Positions 60,077-64,000 of a DNA stretch of 64,000 nucleotides are shown here, piece after piece. The DNA lies in assembly GCA_963764725.1 (NCBI GenBank), contig CAVXTM010000018.1, positions 640,001-704,000 on the forward strand. The letters run 5' to 3'. The position numbers were made by a program, and so were the translations under genes. Below the pieces are notes generated by a model. It had not been told where the DNA came from. It saw nothing but the letters and a program-made list of their open reading frames with translations, and did no database searches. The stretch comes from an uncultured Gammaproteobacteria bacterium (GTDB lineage Bacteria > Pseudomonadota > Gammaproteobacteria > JACCXJ01). Each line of letters begins with the position of its first letter. Position 1 is the stretch's first letter.

Positions 60077-60210
60077 TAAGGAAGCTCCATAAAAATGTCG
60101 CGAGCAAGCCCAGATGCGCGAAGCCGCGGAGAGCGGCCCAGGGACGGCCGCGCTTTGAGAAGCGAGGAACGCCGATGGGCTGCGCAGTAACCTTTGCAGA
60201 GCTTCCCTAA
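60077..60210. mobile_element. MITE-like element, copy 2
   Basis: TAAGGAAGCTC...GAGCTTCCCTAA ends; shares GCCCAGATGCGCGAAGCCGCGGAG and GATGGGC.GCGCA.TA.C.TTTGCAGAGCTTCC with 19541-19686. Confidence 0.7.
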
Positions 60211-60211
60211 A

Positions 60212-61837
60212 ATGATCACTGCCGCTTATCGCTGGATCGATCGCAACATTCTTGAGCTCGGCCGCGAGATGCGGCTGTCGTATCTGCCGCCGCTCATGGT
60301 CTACGTTGGGGCGGGCATCTCTGGCCTGACCGGCATCGTCGGCACCTTCTTCGTCAAGGATTACCTAGGCCTCTCCGCCGCCTTCCTCGCCGCACTCGGC
60401 TTCTGGGCGGGGATCCCCTGGGTGCTCAAGATGCCGCTGGGGCATCTGGTCGATCTCATCTGGCGCTGGAAAAGCCTGCTTGTCTATCTGGGCGCGAGCC
60501 TCATCACGGTGAGCCTCTGCATCATGGTGTTCCTTATCGGCGAGCGCGAGGCCATGACGGCCATCATGCCGGCGGAGGCGTGGTTCGTGGTGAGCGCGCT
60601 GCTCGCGCCGATCGGCTATGTGATCCAGGACGCGGTCGCCGACGCGATGACTGTCGAGGCGGTGCCGCGCGTCGATGAGGATGGGCGGCCCATCGATCCG
60701 GCCACCCGCAAGCTCATGCACACCACCATGCAGACGCTCGGGCGTGTGGCTATCATCGGCGGCAGCACGCTGGTGGCGCTTATAAACCTCTATCTCTTCA
60801 CCGGCGTGGAGAAGCTTCCGCAAGCGGAGATCGCGCAGATTTACCGAGACGTCTATTTAATGGCGCTCAGCATCCCCGCGATCTCGGTGCTGGGTGTGGT
60901 GAGCGCCTCGCTCCTCAAGGCGCGCGACCGGCGCCGCCTGCTTCTTGCGGGCAAGAGTCGCGCCGAGGTGCAGGCGCTGATCCTGGAGAACGTTGATCCG
61001 ACCAAACCCAACTGGTGGATCCTCGGCGGCAGCCTGCTGTTCGTAGTGTTCACGCTCGCCGTCGGTCTCGGTAATCTGCCCTACAACGAGGAGATCGTAT
61101 TTGTAGGCTCCTTCGCCATCGTCACCTTTCTCATCGAGCGGCTGACGCGCGAGCTCAGTCCCGAGGCGCGGGCGACGCTCATCGGCACTGCCATCGTCAT
61201 CTTTGCTTTCCGGGCCACGCCCACTCCGGGCCCCGGCGTCACCTGGTGGATGATCGATGAGCTCAAGTTCGATCAACATTTCCTCTCAGTGCTATCGCTA
61301 ATCGCAAGCGCGCTCACCTTGGTCGGCATGTTCATCTTCCGCCGTTTCATGGCCGAGCGCTCGATCGCCTATGTCGTCGGTTTCCTGACCCTTGTTGGTT
61401 TTGTGTTGGCGCTGCCCATCCTCGGCATGTACCACGGCCTGCACGAGTGGACCGCCGCGCACACCGGCGGGGTGGTAGACGCGCGCTTCATCGCGCTGGT
61501 TGACACCGCGCTTGAATCGCCGCTCGGTCAGATCGCAATGATCCCGATGCTGGCCTGGATCGCGAACTCTGCGCCCGCCAACCTCAAGGCCACCTATTTC
61601 GCAGTGATGGCTTCCTTTACTAACCTCGCGCTCTCGCTGAGCCAGCTCGGCAGCAAGTACTTGAACCAGATTTTCATCGTCACCCGCGAGGTCCGTGATC
61701 CCGCGACCGGGGTCCTCCAGGCGCCCGCCGACTACAGCCAGCTCGGAACCCTGCTCATCGTGCAGATCCTGCTTGGCCTCGCCCTGCCCTTCGGCGGGAT
61801 CCTCTTCGCCCGCCTCTCCAAGTTCCGCAGCGCTTGA
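60212..61837 (+). CDS. BT1/folate-biopterin-like MFS membrane protein
   Basis: About 12 TMs; PW.LK...G.L.D, D.VADA..VE, P....ATYFA.MAS..NL. Confidence 0.7.
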   Translation: MITAAYRWIDRNILELGREMRLSYLPPLMVYVGAGISGLTGIVGTFFVKDYLGLSAAFLAALGFWAGIPWVLKMPLGHLVDLIWRWKSLLVYLGASLITVSLCIMVFLIGEREAMTAIMPAEAWFVVSALLAPIGYVIQDAVADAMTVEAVPRVDEDGRPIDPATRKLMHTTMQTLGRVAIIGGSTLVALINLYLFTGVEKLPQAEIAQIYRDVYLMALSIPAISVLGVVSASLLKARDRRRLLLAGKSRAEVQALILENVDPTKPNWWILGGSLLFVVFTLAVGLGNLPYNEEIVFVGSFAIVTFLIERLTRELSPEARATLIGTAIVIFAFRATPTPGPGVTWWMIDELKFDQHFLSVLSLIASALTLVGMFIFRRFMAERSIAYVVGFLTLVGFVLALPILGMYHGLHEWTAAHTGGVVDARFIALVDTALESPLGQIAMIPMLAWIANSAPANLKATYFAVMASFTNLALSLSQLGSKYLNQIFIVTREVRDPATGVLQAPADYSQLGTLLIVQILLGLALPFGGILFARLSKFRSA

Positions 61838-61996
61838 CGACTTCCGGAGGTCGGCCGCCTACACTATCTGGAAAACGGTTTTTTTAGGGGTGCGAGCGTA
61901 TCGTCCCAGAATAGGCACGTGCCAACTTTCGGGAACGACAAGCTGATTTTTCATGTATTATTCCGGTGTTCTTCATCTCTGCAAAAAGTAACTACG

Positions 61997-62015
61997 GCCC
62001 AACAAGGCGTTGGGC
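61997..62015 (+). other. Collapsed attC site (R'' and R' only)
   Basis: GCCCAAC-AAGGC-GTTGGGC; first 13 nt identical to the start of the attC at 62562. Confidence 0.6.
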
Positions 62016-62045
62016 ACGCAGATAGATCGTTGATAGAATTCATGC

Positions 62046-62327
62046 GTGCCGAAGCTGACAATGTCCCGGCTGCGCGACCTTATTCGCGCACTAAACTATG
62101 TAGTCTCTATTCATGCCGCCGAAGAGCTAGACGATGACAACCTCACGATCCTCGATCTCGAAAACATCATCCTCACAGGCAAAATCATCGAACGCCAGCG
62201 CGACGACCAAACCCGCGAGGTCAAGTGTGTCATCCGCGGTTTCACCCTCGATGACCTCGAAGCAGAAACCATTGTCAAAGTTGGCCCCACCGGAAGACTT
62301 GTTGTCATTACCGTATACCTCGCCTAG
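62046..62327 (+). CDS. DUF4258 family putative toxin
   Basis: Y.VS.HA.EE...D.L...D.E..I..G.I.E.Q, C-terminal VITVY. Confidence 0.8.
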   Translation: MPKLTMSRLRDLIRALNYVVSIHAAEELDDDNLTILDLENIILTGKIIERQRDDQTREVKCVIRGFTLDDLEAETIVKVGPTGRLVVITVYLA

Positions 62328-62610
62328 CGAACGTTGCGCCTCGTGTGGGCAAGCTGGGGTTCAGCTTCGTGAGGTGACCCGTAGTTTTGGTCATGGTCCT
62401 AAACTTCTTGTGATAGAGAACATCCCGATGTGGTCATGTCCCCATTGCGGTGAATCGTATTTCACGGCTCAAACCATGCACGAGATTGAGCGTATCAAGA
62501 CACTTCGTAAGTCCGTAGCAGTCGCTCGCCACGTGCCGGTCGCTGTTTTCACCGGCAATGTGCCCAACAAGGCGCTCCACCGGACGCGCCAAAAAGCGGC
62601 GCGCCGGTGA
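62302..62610 (+). CDS. YgiT-type zinc-finger (MqsA-like) putative antitoxin
   Basis: CASCG...LVIENIP...CPHCGE.Y; overlaps the toxin stop; start uncertain. Confidence 0.8.
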   Translation: MSLPYTSPSERCASCGQAGVQLREVTRSFGHGPKLLVIENIPMWSCPHCGESYFTAQTMHEIERIKTLRKSVAVARHVPVAVFTGNVPNKALHRTRQKAARR

Positions 62611-62626
62611 GCTAACTCGTTTAGAT
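62562..62626 (+). other. Integron attC recombination site
   Basis: R'' GCCCAAC, 5-nt spacer, L'' GCTCCAC pairing with L' GTGAGC with one extrahelical base, second extrahelical base in CGG(A)CGCGCC/GGCGCGCCG, R' GTTTAGA (one extra T). Confidence 0.85.
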
Positions 62627-62725
62627 TCTCCGACGAGGCCAACGGTCCATCCATTGCTACGGCACTAGATTGGTCTGCGCTCGCGGTCACTTCCTCAAGA
62701 ATGGCCGAGCTCAACATGGGCGTGG

Positions 62726-63160
62726 GTGACGAAATACTTCATGCTGGGTCGCTTCATTTCCCACGGTAGCCTCCAACTGAATCAACCCTTGGCACGATTT
62801 GGAACCATCGCCATGATGCCTGGAGAGCCGGTGAAGGATGGGAGAAACCTGCTTGTGGAGGCATTCTTGGTCGAGATGCGGTCTCTTTCCGGATTCAGCG
62901 GCTCTCCCGTACTCGTTAACGTGGGTCCGGGGACCTACCGAGGCAATGGCACGATGATGCCCTTCTACACTGAGACTATCGGCCTTATGGGAGATAGATA
63001 CTGGGCACAAGGCTTCAATGGCCGAGGTGCACAAAAGTCGGATGGAGCGAAAACCGACCTGGAGGTGCCCCTGAATACAGGCATCTCAATTGTAGCGCCG
63101 GTCTGGAAGATCAGAGAGGTCCTTGATGAGGACATATTCAAGGCCAAGCGCGGCGACCCC
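62726..63160 (+). pseudogene. Trypsin-like serine protease-type cassette gene fragment
   Basis: FLVE.RS..GFSGSPV motif and NTGI..V.P; N-terminus missing, ORF runs into attC. Confidence 0.55.
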
Positions 63161-63238
63161 CAACATGTCGTTCAACACGGACCGGCGGCGGAAGCCGCTT
63201 CGCGGCGATTCCGCCGCCGGTGTAACTTTACATTAGCG
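63158..63238 (+). other. Degenerate attC site
   Basis: CCCCAAC-ATGTC-GTTCAAC, long GC stem CCGGCGGCGGAA/TTCCGCCGCCGG, TAAC-TTTAC-ATTAGCG (G>A in R'). Confidence 0.7.
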
Positions 63239-63376
63239 GTTATGGAGCCGGAGTACACATGAGCAGAATGACTCGTTGGCATATCTTCGCCATCTCATCT
63301 CGCACTCCTCTTGGGATGTTCCCGTGACCCTTTCGAAAATCTCGATTCACCTCGTGTCTTCTTTGGTAAGCCCGCG

Positions 63377-63409
63377 AGGATGTGCTGAGGAACGAAGCGC
63401 ATCGTCGAG
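63377..63409 (+). repeat. REP-like inverted repeat, left of RAYT
   Basis: AGGATGTGCTGAGGAACGAAGCGCATCGTCGAG, near reverse complement of 63968-64000. Confidence 0.75.
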
Positions 63410-63440
63410 TGAGAAACCTTTCAAAGGTCAAACGGACTCC

Positions 63441-63967
63441 ATGACGGAATATCGCCGTGCTCATGTTCCAGGCGCAACGTGGTTTTTCACGGTTAATCTC
63501 GCCGAGCGCAGGGGTAACCGTTTGCTGGTCGAGCAGTTCGATGCGTTGCGCCGGTCTTTTCGGTACGTCAGGGAAAGACATCCATTCCGGTTGGATGCGG
63601 TGGTGGTCTTGCCGGATCATCTCCATTGTATTTGGACGTTGCCTCCCGGTGACACGGATTTTTCCATGCGCTGGAATTTGCTGAAGGACATTTTTCTCGT
63701 GCCATCGAAAAAGGGAACGCATCTCTAAAAGCAGGGTAAAACGACGAGAACGGGGCTTGTGGCAACGTCGATTTTGCGAGCACCTGCTACGCGATCAGGA
63801 GGATTTCACCAAACACGTCGATTACATCCATTGGAACCTGTAAAACATGGCTGGGTAAAGCAGGTTGCCGATTGGCCGCATTCGAGCTTTCACGACTATC
63901 GGCCCGTGGCATTTATCCGGTAAACTGGGGTTGCGAGGGAATATTCGACGTTTGCGCGGGTGAATAA
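63441..63967 (+). pseudogene. REP-associated tyrosine transposase (RAYT/TnpA-REP), frameshifted
   Basis: YRR...PG.T.FFTV, VVLPDHLHCIW (HUH), WQRRF.EH..RD..D...HVDYIH.N, DWPHSSF; frame breaks near 63695 and 63838. Confidence 0.88.
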
Positions 63968-64000
63968 CTCGAACGATGCGCTCGTTCTAGCACATCCTAC
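63968..64000 (-). repeat. GTAG-type REP, right of RAYT
   Basis: Minus strand GTAGGATGTGCTAGAACGAGCGCATCGTTCGAG. Confidence 0.75.

Noticed and set aside
998-61865. CTACACT (RpoS-like -10) at 998, 7601, 16024, 35667 and 61859
   Set aside because: Two to three copies per strand are expected by chance at this composition, and several are not positioned before a gene.
1-64000. CRISPR array, rRNA/tRNA, retron or DGR, prophage
   Set aside because: No regularly spaced repeats, RNA gene signatures, reverse transcriptase or virion genes were seen.

Overview
GC-rich bacterial window, most consistent with a free-living (probably gamma-) proteobacterium; the taxon cannot be fixed from sequence alone. 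It is an accessory region with no rRNA, tRNA or CRISPR array. Much of it is general stress, desiccation and stationary-phase genes: SixA, RtcB, cardiolipin synthase, three ferritin-like bundles, a KatE remnant, PQQ sugar dehydrogenase, topoisomerase IB, an OsmY/BON lipoprotein, an osmoprotectant ABC transporter, SurE, a CHASE3 kinase/response regulator/hybrid kinase cascade and a large double-kinase sensor. Many gene fragments, internal deletions and frameshifts are mixed in. Best leads: (1) a radical SAM enzyme with tetraether-synthase (Tes/GDGT-MAS, MJ0619)-family motifs between two exported DUF547 genes, two of the three frameshifted; (2) an integrase-less, decaying integron cassette array (attC sites at about 62.0-63.2 kb) holding a DUF4258/YgiT toxin-antitoxin cassette next to a RAYT and its REPs; (3) a translationally coupled GCS2-family ligase plus M14 deacylase downstream of cystathionine beta-synthase/gamma-lyase; (4) several MITE-like elements with a shared hairpin-loop motif; (5) sigma-54-type promoters ahead of small stress genes. 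All family assignments come from motif recognition by eye; no database search was run.
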